Shown here one piece after another: positions 27,507 to 36,162 of a stretch of DNA of 64,000 nucleotides. The notes under the pieces are model-generated. The model saw nothing but the letters and a program-made list of their open reading frames with translations. It was not told the origin of the DNA and did not search any database. Positions within the stretch are counted from its first letter, which is position 1. Each line of letters opens with the position of its first letter. The position numbers and the translations under genes are program-made. This DNA comes from an uncultured bacterium (GTDB lineage: Bacteria > Verrucomicrobiota > Kiritimatiellia > RFP12 > UBA1067), in assembly GCA_902761035.1 (NCBI GenBank), contig CACWIW010000028.1:1558-65557 (forward strand), given 5' to 3'.

Positions 27507-28898
27507 ATGAGATTTCTTTACAAAAAGTTCTTGTTGTTTCTTTTTATAATTCCCTGTGCCTGTGCCTTTGCTTTTAGTAATGAGTTTTCATGTATGGACG
27601 CACCTCGTGAATGGACGGATCATAAAGGGATTAAATTGACAGCTTCTTGGGAGCACGTTTCTCAAGATGGTACTGTCGTGTGGTTAGGAATCAAGGGGAA
27701 AAAAACTCTAAAGCTACCTGTGTCCCGTTTGTCAGCCACAGATCAGCTTTTTGTTTCAAGTTACATCGCGCGATTGAAAAGTCTGGGCTATGTTTGGAAT
27801 GACGGTGTTTGGATGTCGCCATCTTTAGTACGAGAAATTAATTATGTTAAGAGGGCCCGTTCTCTTGTACAGGAGAAATCTCCCCGAGATTTGATCTCTT
27901 TTCGTGTCGTTCAGGCTTTATCTTATGGTGCTTTGTGCCGCATTGGAGAAAAAAGCGCATATTCTGATACTATTTTTTACTCCGGACCTTTGTTTTACTG
28001 GAACGTTGGACAAAAGAACCTAGTTGCTAATGAAGAAATATATAAAAACAAGCAGCTATATTGGGCTGGAACTTACCAATATGAAACTGTTAAGGGTACT
28101 GTCAATACAGTTCTTTGGTATGTTGATGATTTCAACCGTGCCGTCTATCTCGTCCGTGGCAAATTCGGTTTCTTCGACAAGGGGGATTCTCGTTTCGTAG
28201 ACTTTGACGATTCTAATGCGCCTCCTTCAACATCAGGTTCTCCAGCTGAGAAACCGAAAGACGATGCTGTTGTTTCTGCTTACGGCTCAGGTTTCTTTAT
28301 TTCTACCAATGGGTTCTTAGTTACTAATCATCATGTTGTTGATGGTGGTAAAAGGTTTTCAATTCTTAGCGATTGTGGTGAATTCTCCGCTAAGCTTATC
28401 GCCAAGGATCCCAATACTGATCTTGCCGTTTTAAAAGTTGATGGATCATTCACTGCTCTGTCTCTGTCTTCTGACAAAAACGCACGTCTTGGACAGGACA
28501 TTTTCGTAATGGGTTTTCCTCGTCCTTCCGACCAAGGTTTCGCTCCTAAAGTCACCAAAGGTGTCATTAGCTCCTTAAAGGGTTTGCAGGATAATCCCAC
28601 TCGGTACCAAATTGATGCGAGTATACAACCGGGTAATTCTGGTGGCCCGGTTTGTGATGCCCATGGCAATCTTGTTGCTGTTGCCGTTTCAAGTTTGAGT
28701 GCAAAATACTTTTTGAAACACGAGGGATCCTTGCCCCAGAACGTCAACTATGCCATTAAGAAATCCTATCTCTTGGCATTCCTTGATTCAATTCCTGAAT
28801 TGGCAAACTGCCATCGTATCGCTCGTGCTGATTTCTCTCGATTTGAAGATGCTGTCGCTTTTGTTCAGAAATGTGTGGTTCTGATCAAAGTCTATTGA
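27507..28898 (+). CDS. Exported SHD1-domain / trypsin-like (S1) serine protease
   Basis: Signal/lipobox MRFLYKKFLLFLFIIPCACA. SHD1-like EWTDHKGIKLTASWEHVSQDGTVVWLGIKGKKTLKLPVSRLSATDQLFV. Catalytic triad context TNHHVV, TDLAVLKV, GNSGGPV. The gene is visibly AT-rich relative to its neighbours. Confidence 0.75.
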   Translation: MRFLYKKFLLFLFIIPCACAFAFSNEFSCMDAPREWTDHKGIKLTASWEHVSQDGTVVWLGIKGKKTLKLPVSRLSATDQLFVSSYIARLKSLGYVWNDGVWMSPSLVREINYVKRARSLVQEKSPRDLISFRVVQALSYGALCRIGEKSAYSDTIFYSGPLFYWNVGQKNLVANEEIYKNKQLYWAGTYQYETVKGTVNTVLWYVDDFNRAVYLVRGKFGFFDKGDSRFVDFDDSNAPPSTSGSPAEKPKDDAVVSAYGSGFFISTNGFLVTNHHVVDGGKRFSILSDCGEFSAKLIAKDPNTDLAVLKVDGSFTALSLSSDKNARLGQDIFVMGFPRPSDQGFAPKVTKGVISSLKGLQDNPTRYQIDASIQPGNSGGPVCDAHGNLVAVAVSSLSAKYFLKHEGSLPQNVNYAIKKSYLLAFLDSIPELANCHRIARADFSRFEDAVAFVQKCVVLIKVY

Positions 28899-28971
28899 TA
28901 CCATCGACTCGTATTATGGCCTGACACATTGCTTGTACAAGTTCTCGTGTATTGCTGAAAAATCATCTTGT

Positions 28972-29235
28972 ATGAAGGTTGAGATGTCAGAAAACTTGGC
29001 ACAAATAAGTCGGCGTCGGCATTTTACAGGTGATCCAGACGAGATATTGAGTGTGTCGGAGGTCTGTAAGATTCTGCGCATTAGCGATAGAGAGGTCAAG
29101 TACGCTATGGACCGCTACGCTCAAACACACGGGGAACGAGGTCTGCCATTTTTGCCAGGGAAACGTCGCAAGATACGCCGCCGTTCGATCACGACTTGGT
29201 TGGATCGCGAAGAAGAATTAGCGGCGTGTCGGTAG
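28972..29235 (+). CDS. Excisionase/MerR-like helix-turn-helix protein
   Basis: ILSVSEVCKILRISDREVKYAMD...GLPFLPGKRRKIRRRSITTWL resembles the Xis/AlpA HTH_17 family. Start uncertain (28933, 28972 or 28984). Confidence 0.5.
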   Translation: MKVEMSENLAQISRRRHFTGDPDEILSVSEVCKILRISDREVKYAMDRYAQTHGERGLPFLPGKRRKIRRRSITTWLDREEELAACR

Positions 29236-29260
29236 AGGCGTTGATTAGGCTCATCACAAG

Positions 29261-29596
29261 TTACTTGGCATGCGCCAGTCGGTGCGGGGTGAGAGCAAGA
29301 GCGTGATCTTCGGGCCGTCGGGAACGTGCCTCCTTGAACGAGCCGAACGCCAAGTAGCCGATATATACGATGCCGACGGGCTGGATCGCCGTCATCACCG
29401 TCGGGTGGGACGTGAAGAACGAAGCGACCCCTGCCGCGAGAAGCCAGATCCACAGCCAGCAGCCAAGTACGAGCCCGGCCATCAGCGTGGAGGCGCGGGC
29501 CTTGCCGTCGGAAATGGCCGTGGCAAGCGTACACATCAAATCCGGTCCCGGCTTGATGATGAGCGCGATGTACCCGATGATGTAGGTTGTAATCAT
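29261..29596 (-). pseudogene. Truncated duplicate of the lysE 5' half
   Basis: 29327-29590 is near-identical to 26652-26912. After ~90 codons the frame diverges (ARSRRPEDHALALTPHRLAHAK). Confidence 0.8.
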
Positions 29597-30600
29597 TATT
29601 TGCCGCCGTGCTTGTGTCCCATCTGGAGGGGACGCACGAGGTTATAGGCCATCATCACGGCGAGGAAGGCGGCCGATGCCCAGTGGACAACTCCAAGAGC
29701 ATGGCGCGACGAAGCGGCCGCAGCCGAGGCTGGCAGAGCGTTCGGAATGAGGTTGATCGCGATACCGCAGAGAATCGCCCCGACGATGATCACGGTCACG
29801 TATGCGGCGGCGGCCTTGCGTCCGAAGAGCGCGGAAACGGTTGTGAGCGACATCGCGTTCATCGCCGGCCCCACCATCAGGAACACGAACGCCGCGCCGG
29901 GGGAGACGCCTTTCGCGACGAGCGACGCGGCAATCGGAATCGACGCCGTGGAGCAGACGTACATCGGAAAGCCCACGAACGCCATGACGGGCATCGCGAT
30001 CCAGTCGCTGCCGTGGAAGGCGTCCGCGAAGAAGTTGTCCGGCACGAGCACCGTCACGAGCGCGGAAATCGCAAGGCCAATGGCGAGCGGCTTCGCGACG
30101 GAACCGAGCAGACGCCGGTACGCCTGCCAGAAAATCGCCTTGATTCCCCGCGAACCGGCGGGGGCGTCCTCCACGGCGGCGGACTCTGCATCTTCGCCGC
30201 CCACCGCGGCCACGGCCACGCCGCCGACAATGCCCGTGAGCGCGGCCGCGATCGGACGCGCTACCGCGAAAACCGGCCCCATCAGGGCGTAGGTCGCGAG
30301 GATCGAGTCGATTCCCGTCTGCGGCGTCGAGACGAGCAGCGCCGCCGTGGGGCCCTTGCCCGCCCCGTGTTTTCGCAAGCCGGTCGCAATCGGCAACACG
30401 CCGCATGAGCAGATTGGCAGCGGCACACCGATTGCGACGGCGCGCAGGACGCCACCAAATCCGGAACGTCCGCCCATCATGCGGTTGACCCAGTTCCGGG
30501 GAATCCACACGGCAATGACGCCCGCCATGAGGAAGCCGAACACGAGCCACGGCGCCATCATGGCGAAGACATGCACAAACGATTTCGCTATATCTAACAT
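29596..30600 (-). CDS. Permease of the ArsP/SO_0444-like putative metal (Cu/Zn) efflux family
   Basis: From MLDIAKSFVHVFAMMAPWLVF. Signature GVPLPICSCGVLPIATGLRKHGAGKGPTAALLVSTPQTGIDSI. Confidence 0.7.
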   Translation of the reverse strand: MLDIAKSFVHVFAMMAPWLVFGFLMAGVIAVWIPRNWVNRMMGGRSGFGGVLRAVAIGVPLPICSCGVLPIATGLRKHGAGKGPTAALLVSTPQTGIDSILATYALMGPVFAVARPIAAALTGIVGGVAVAAVGGEDAESAAVEDAPAGSRGIKAIFWQAYRRLLGSVAKPLAIGLAISALVTVLVPDNFFADAFHGSDWIAMPVMAFVGFPMYVCSTASIPIAASLVAKGVSPGAAFVFLMVGPAMNAMSLTTVSALFGRKAAAAYVTVIIVGAILCGIAINLIPNALPASAAAASSRHALGVVHWASAAFLAVMMAYNLVRPLQMGHKHGGK

Positions 30601-30616
30601 GGTAATATTCCTTGTC

Positions 30617-30895
30617 TTAAGCCATCTTTGCAAAACTCTCGAGCGCCTCGGCGAATGACTCGATCGTCTCATCGGCATTGCCACTCTCAATGCCCTCGCG
30701 GACACAATGCCTGAGATGCCCGTCGAGTATGATGAGCGACAGTCGGTGCAGGGCACCGTTTGCCGCATTGATCTGCGTGAGAATGTCCTCGCACGGTGCA
30801 TCCGATTCGAGCATCTTCTGTACGCCGTTCAGTTGTCCGACGATCTTCTTCAGTCGCAGTTGAAGCGCCGTCACATCTTCTTTGCATCGTTTCAT
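30617..30895 (-). CDS. CsoR/RcnR/FrmR-family metal-sensing repressor
   Basis: 92 aa, MKRCKEDVTALQLRLKKIVGQLNGVQKMLESDAPCEDILTQINAANGAL...HLRHCV (C-H-C ligand pattern). Confidence 0.8.
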   Translation of the reverse strand: MKRCKEDVTALQLRLKKIVGQLNGVQKMLESDAPCEDILTQINAANGALHRLSLIILDGHLRHCVREGIESGNADETIESFAEALESFAKMA

Positions 30896-30932
30896 TGCTT
30901 TGCTTTCATATCCGAAACGGCGCATATTATAC

Positions 30933-30951
30933 CATACCCCCGTAGGGTATG
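30933..30951. promoter_or_regulatory. CsoR-type operator CATACCC-N5-GGGTATG
   Basis: Inverted repeat with a G/C tract, ~40 nt upstream of the repressor start. Confidence 0.5.
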
Positions 30952-31106
30952 TCAATAAGGGTGGCGCGCCACGCCTGCCCGAGGGGAAAAGACGGGAATA
31001 ATTGAAACTCGTCGCACACGCATTGACTTTTGAGACCGGAAATGCAATAATAATGACGCTTTTTGTTCGGGGCTATTGTACACTTGAACGAAAGCGAGGT
31101 GAGGAA

Positions 31107-31280
31107 ATGGCAACATCAAGCATAACAGCGAACTTTAGAATCGATGACCCGAAGGCCGCTAGGGATTTCGTGGAGGCGTTTATTCGGCATTCACACAATG
31201 CCCCGACGCCGCCATCGTCTAATTTTCGTTTCGTTACGACGGTTGAGGAGATGGAGGCATTGTCCCGAAAGGAGATTTGA
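31107..31280 (+). CDS. Small protein (57 aa), unknown function
   Basis: GAGGTGAGGA RBS. Its stop lies 1 nt before the Rpn-family gene ATG. Confidence 0.45.
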   Translation: MATSSITANFRIDDPKAARDFVEAFIRHSHNAPTPPSSNFRFVTTVEEMEALSRKEI

Positions 31281-31281
31281 C

Positions 31282-32181
31282 ATGGCAAAATACCTTGATC
31301 CAAAGGCGGACGTGACCTTCAAGAAGGTTTTCGGCGAGCACAAGAATCTCGTCATAAGTCTCCTCAACGCCTTGTTGCCCCTTGACGATGGTAAGAAGGT
31401 GGAGTCGATAGAATACATGACTCCGGAGATGGTGCCGGAGACGCCACTCGGCAAGAACTCCATTGTCGATGTTCGCTGCGAGGAGACGGGCGGTCGCAAG
31501 TTCATCGTCGAGATGCAGATGGAGTGGTTCCCCGATTTTATGCAGAGGGTGCTTCTCAATGCGTCAAAGGCGTACGTGAGACAGTTGCCGAAAGGCAACG
31601 ACTACAATCTGCTCCAGCCAGTCTATTCTCTTAGCCTGGTGAACCACACGTTTGAACCTGAATTGGACGGATATTACCACTACTACCATCTTGTGCACGA
31701 CCTTCACACAGAAAAGGTACTTGACGGACTACACCTCGTGTTTGTGGAACTCCCGAAGTTCAAGGCGAAGAACCTCACCGAGAAGAAGATGCAGGTTCTC
31801 TGGCTTCGCTTCCTGACGGAAATCGCCCCGGACGGAGCGGACGAGGTTTCGCAAGACCTTCTCGATAACCCGCAGACAGGGGAGGCTCTGGAGATAGTCA
31901 GGGAATCCGGGCTCAATGACGAGGAACGCGCCGCATACGAAGGCTTCTGGGATCGGGTCAGCATCGAGGCCACGAAAAAAGCCTACGTGGACAGGGCATT
32001 TGCGGAGCGCGACGCGGCAAATGCCAGGGCCGACGCGGCGAGCGCGCGAGCCGACGCGGCAATAGAGAAGATGCGGGAAGACAAGCTTCAGACAGCCCGC
32101 AACCTAAAGGCCATGAATCTTACCAACGAGCAGATTGCGGCGGCGACGGGTCTTACCGTTGACGAAATCGCCGCGCTCTAA
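31282..32181 (+). CDS. Rpn-family recombination-promoting nuclease / PD-(D/E)XK putative transposase
   Basis: MAKYLDPKADVTFKKVFGEHKNLVISLLNALLP...SIVDVRCEETGGRKFIVEMQ. Repetitive ARADAA tail. Confidence 0.75.
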   Translation: MAKYLDPKADVTFKKVFGEHKNLVISLLNALLPLDDGKKVESIEYMTPEMVPETPLGKNSIVDVRCEETGGRKFIVEMQMEWFPDFMQRVLLNASKAYVRQLPKGNDYNLLQPVYSLSLVNHTFEPELDGYYHYYHLVHDLHTEKVLDGLHLVFVELPKFKAKNLTEKKMQVLWLRFLTEIAPDGADEVSQDLLDNPQTGEALEIVRESGLNDEERAAYEGFWDRVSIEATKKAYVDRAFAERDAANARADAASARADAAIEKMREDKLQTARNLKAMNLTNEQIAAATGLTVDEIAAL

Positions 32182-32554
32182 CACCAATCTCAAATCGTGG
32201 AAACTGACAATGAAAGGACAAAGCCCATAGACAGTTAAAACGATAAGGCGGGGAGAAATCCGCCGACCTCCGCAAGGAGTTAAGACAATTTAGCATCAAC
32301 GCTAACAAGTCGTTCCCCTGAAATACTGGTAATATTTCTTGTTGCTAACATCCAAATGTGGATGGGTAGTGATTTCTTGAACGACATGTGAGTGGAGGTG
32401 CGCCCATACAGGGGCGCATTCTCTTTCTCCATGTATTCAAGAAAAGCCGTTACCAGGGCTTCAGGGGAGTGTATGGAAAAGAAAATGCGCTCCCTTTTTC
32501 TGCATCTGACACGGTGTCCGACGATGTAGCGAGCGCGATTGACGATGCGCTCTT

Positions 32555-33625
32555 ATGGGCAACAAGAAAGACTATAAACCTACAGTTATTGACCTGTTCT
32601 GCGGAGCAGGAGGGTTATCGTGTGGGTTTGAACGAGCAGGATATCAGATTCTGCTTGGCATAGATTCCGATGCCAAGGCACTTGAAACATTTGAATTGAA
32701 TCACAATGGCACACGCTCCATCTGCGGCGACATAACGAAGATCAAGTATGAAAACGACATCAAGCCGTTGATCGAATGCAAGGCCATCGATGTGATTATC
32801 GGAGGTCCACCTTGTCAAGGCATGTCTCTTTCCGGCCCACGAAAGTTTGACGATCCGAGAAACAGGCTCTATCTGTCATATATTCGGTTGGTGTCGGAAA
32901 TTCGGCCAAAGGCATTTGTAATTGAGAACGTACCCGGACTTGTGTCCCTGTTTGGAGGGAAGATAAAAGACAGAATAATTGAAAAGCTGCAAAAGCTTGG
33001 GTATCACATAAAGTTCAAGGTCCTCTCATCAGACGACTATGGCGTTCCTCAGCATCGTCGGCGTGTCGTTTTCGTTGGCGTAAGAAACGACATGGGATGC
33101 GAGTTTGAATATCCTCCGCCATCCCCACACATAGTAACATGCCGAATGGCTCTATCTGATTTGCCGCCTCTTAAATCATCCACGGGACTTGACGTGATGG
33201 ATTATACGTCAAACCCGCAGAATGATTTCCAGAGGACGATGCGTGAGCATTCCATGGCAGTACGAAACCATGTTGCCGCACACCACTCAAGACATGTACA
33301 GGACATTATCGCGCTTGTGCCAGATGGCGGCAACTACAAGGATCTGCCAGATGAGTTCAAGAACAGCCGTAACTTTCATGTCGCATGGACACGGTTTGCC
33401 GCCGATAAACCCGCCCCGACTATCGACACGGGCCATCGGCATCATTTCCATTACTGCTACAATCGCGTCCCTACAGTTCGGGAATGCGCACGACTACAGT
33501 CATTCCCAGACGACTTCCTGTTCCTTGGCAACAAAACACAACAGTTCAGGCAGGTAGGAAATGCTGTGCCGCCTCTGATGGCACAGGCTATAGCAAATCA
33601 ACTTCTCAAAGTTCTGGAGAATTAA
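32555..33625 (+). CDS. DNA (cytosine-5)-methyltransferase, M1
   Basis: Motif I DLFCGAGGLS, IV GGPPCQGMS, VI ENV, VIII QHRRRVVFVG, X GNAVPP. Confidence 0.9.
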   Translation: MGNKKDYKPTVIDLFCGAGGLSCGFERAGYQILLGIDSDAKALETFELNHNGTRSICGDITKIKYENDIKPLIECKAIDVIIGGPPCQGMSLSGPRKFDDPRNRLYLSYIRLVSEIRPKAFVIENVPGLVSLFGGKIKDRIIEKLQKLGYHIKFKVLSSDDYGVPQHRRRVVFVGVRNDMGCEFEYPPPSPHIVTCRMALSDLPPLKSSTGLDVMDYTSNPQNDFQRTMREHSMAVRNHVAAHHSRHVQDIIALVPDGGNYKDLPDEFKNSRNFHVAWTRFAADKPAPTIDTGHRHHFHYCYNRVPTVRECARLQSFPDDFLFLGNKTQQFRQVGNAVPPLMAQAIANQLLKVLEN

Positions 33626-35071
33626 ATGAAAAGCATCTACAAGACACCACCGGAGTTTTTCAAGCCGCTTCATCATGTTCGCCCAAGGTTTAAAGATGAC
33701 CTTGAAGGCGTTCTACTTCATTTTGCCGATTCTGTTTCTCGAATAGGACAATGTGGGAAGCGAGTATTCAATCAAAAGTTGGACAGCTGCTTAAGTGAGT
33801 ATCCTGGAAATGCAACAAAGACAAAAAAGACCATTTCAAACTGGCGAACTGAAATAGCGGCACTGTTCTCTCTTGTCATGCATGGAGACGATATGTTTTC
33901 ACCAAGCCGACGCTGCATGGAACTTGCACAAGGGCGCGATTTACCTGAGGCGTTCAGGAAGTTTCTCTACACGTTCCAATATCCTGGCGGGCATTTGCGT
34001 CCCGACTATTCTGCCGAACTCATACAGGCAGGGGTAAGGTTCAAACCCGTGCAAACAATATTGCGGGTATTCAAGGCTGGCAACAAGACTGGAGGCAATT
34101 CGTTCTGTTTGTCTCGAGGCGAGGTTTGCCATTGCATATGTAACGATCTTCGTGTCACCCGCGACAATGAAGATGCGGAAACAACCTTACGGAGAATTGT
34201 GGAGAACAGGCAGAACAGTCGTAAGTATATTGAAGATGGAGACGTTATAAGATATGCCGGAGATATTCTTGACTACATGCAGATAGCGGGGCTTCTAAAG
34301 ACGCATAACGGAAGGGATTTCTACGTGAATTCTGCCTCGAACGGCATAATCTTGAAGTATCTTTCTTCAAATGACAGATTCGAGGGCTACGATGATTTGT
34401 ATACGAAGAGCATCGTCATGGCATCAGATGTTGAGGCACGGCAGCAGAAATGGGAAGACTATGCCAATCGAGAAATGCCCGACAAATACTTTTCCATTGA
34501 TATCTCAAAGCTTCTTGGTGCTGAATCGAGCGCGGCCAAGACTCTTGAGCAAGTCAGCGAACTTTACAAGTCACTTGAACAGCCGCAAGGTCAAGGGAAG
34601 TCGGAAATGACGACAGGCGACATCGGAGAACGAGGAGAAGCGCTTGTCTATGGGCATGAATGCATGAGATTGAAGAATGACGGAAGAGAGGACTTGATTC
34701 ATCTTGTCAAACGCATACCGACATCTTTTGCCCTTGGTTTTGACATATCCTCTGTGGAAAGCGATACGGAGCAGAAACGATACATTGAGGTCAAGTCAAC
34801 GGCTAGTTTCAAGCCGATACTTTTCAACTCAGTCCATCTTACGCCAAATGAATGGCGAGTGGCGGAAACGGAACGGAGCAGATACTACGTCTATCGTCTT
34901 TTTCTTTGTATAAGTACTGGTGAGGCTAAACTGTATATGCTTCAGGATCCAGTCGGGAAGTACAAGACTGACAAGATAACAATGATGCCATCATCTGCTG
35001 GCGGAGTTGATGTTCGATTCGACAGCAAGAAAGTCGGACAATTTGAGGAACTGTTGAAATGGAACGATTGA
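33626..35071 (+). CDS. Putative restriction endonuclease: unknown N-terminal domain + DUF3883-type PD-(D/E)XK C-terminal domain
   Basis: C-terminus GERGEALVYGHE...GFDISSVESDTEQKRYIEVKST...LTPNEWRVAE...YYVYRL. Abuts M1 (TAAATG) and overlaps M2 by 13 nt. Confidence 0.6.
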   Translation: MKSIYKTPPEFFKPLHHVRPRFKDDLEGVLLHFADSVSRIGQCGKRVFNQKLDSCLSEYPGNATKTKKTISNWRTEIAALFSLVMHGDDMFSPSRRCMELAQGRDLPEAFRKFLYTFQYPGGHLRPDYSAELIQAGVRFKPVQTILRVFKAGNKTGGNSFCLSRGEVCHCICNDLRVTRDNEDAETTLRRIVENRQNSRKYIEDGDVIRYAGDILDYMQIAGLLKTHNGRDFYVNSASNGIILKYLSSNDRFEGYDDLYTKSIVMASDVEARQQKWEDYANREMPDKYFSIDISKLLGAESSAAKTLEQVSELYKSLEQPQGQGKSEMTTGDIGERGEALVYGHECMRLKNDGREDLIHLVKRIPTSFALGFDISSVESDTEQKRYIEVKSTASFKPILFNSVHLTPNEWRVAETERSRYYVYRLFLCISTGEAKLYMLQDPVGKYKTDKITMMPSSAGGVDVRFDSKKVGQFEELLKWND

Positions 35072-36051
35072 GGGTTGCATCATTGTTTGCCGGATGTGGC
35101 GGTACTGATGTAGGTGTACGGGGTGACTTCGCTTTTTGCGGGCGCAAGTATGCGGCTTTACCCACGCGACTCGTCTATGCCAATGATTTTGAGCCGTCAG
35201 CTTGCGACATGTTCGACAGAAACTTTCGCATAAAGATTGATCGAACGGACATACGGCAAGTGGACGTAAGCAATGTGCCGCAATATGACTTCCTGACGGC
35301 TGGATTCCCTTGCCAGAGCTTCTCGGTTGTGGCACAAAACCCTCCTCGCCTCGGAATAAAGGACAGCGATAAAGGAACGCTATTTGAAGAGGTATGCCGG
35401 TTTCTTAAGGCACATAAACCGATGGGGTTCTTATGTGAAAATGTAAAGGGGATATTGTCCGCCAATCATGGAACTGCGTTCCCGATAATCATGCGTTCTT
35501 TGCGAGACTGCGGATACTATGTCATGCACATGTTGCTAAACGCTCGGTTTTACGGTGTGCCGCAACGAAGGGAACGAGTATTTATCGTCGGTTTCAGGGA
35601 TGCGGCTCTGTTGGATGCGTACAGACAGCCAATGCCAGTAACGCACAACGCAACATTGGGAGAGGTTATTGCTCTAGAAAATACTGTTCCTGATAAATAC
35701 TATTTCAGCGAGAGGGCTGTCGCTGGAATGAGGGCGGCAAAGCCGGAAATGAACAAAGGGCGTATACAGAACCTGGACGAACCATGCAATACAGTTGGAG
35801 CACATCTTTGCAAGATGAGTTTGAATGGAACAGATCCTGTTCTCTGCATCAATGGGAGATATAGGAGATTTATGCCAAGTGAAGTGGCAAGAATTCAGTC
35901 TTTCCCAGATAACTATGAACTGGTTGGCTCAGAACGTGCGCAGTATAAGGCACTTGGCAATGCGATTCCACCGGTTTTGGCTTGGCATGTCATGAAGTCT
36001 GTGTGCGATGCTTTTACACTTAAGTCTTCTACCTACCATAAAACCTCGTAA
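35059..36051 (+). CDS. DNA (cytosine-5)-methyltransferase, M2
   Basis: Motif I LFAGCGGTDVG, IV AGFPCQSFS, VI ENVKG, VIII QRRERVFIVG, X GNAIPP. Confidence 0.9.
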   Translation: MERLRVASLFAGCGGTDVGVRGDFAFCGRKYAALPTRLVYANDFEPSACDMFDRNFRIKIDRTDIRQVDVSNVPQYDFLTAGFPCQSFSVVAQNPPRLGIKDSDKGTLFEEVCRFLKAHKPMGFLCENVKGILSANHGTAFPIIMRSLRDCGYYVMHMLLNARFYGVPQRRERVFIVGFRDAALLDAYRQPMPVTHNATLGEVIALENTVPDKYYFSERAVAGMRAAKPEMNKGRIQNLDEPCNTVGAHLCKMSLNGTDPVLCINGRYRRFMPSEVARIQSFPDNYELVGSERAQYKALGNAIPPVLAWHVMKSVCDAFTLKSSTYHKTS

Positions 36052-36162
36052 GCGAAAGATGGAGACTGTTTTCACGATAGATCCCCGCCTTGCCCTGCTG
36101 AAAGGCCTGCGGCGGACGGTGCAAATACGAAAACCGCCGCCGCAGGCCAGGATTTTCTTTGG

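Noticed and set aside
32341-32560. Minus-strand frame reading ...RIVNRARYIVGHRVRCRKRERIFFSIHSPEALVTAFLEYMEKENAPLYGRT...HIWMLATRNI, faintly reminiscent of an IS200/RAYT-type Y1 transposase or an integrase N-domain. It would supply the missing recombinase of the mosaic.
   Set aside because: It has no start codon and is only ~90 codons. The similarity is vague and motif-level at best, and cannot be supported without a profile search.
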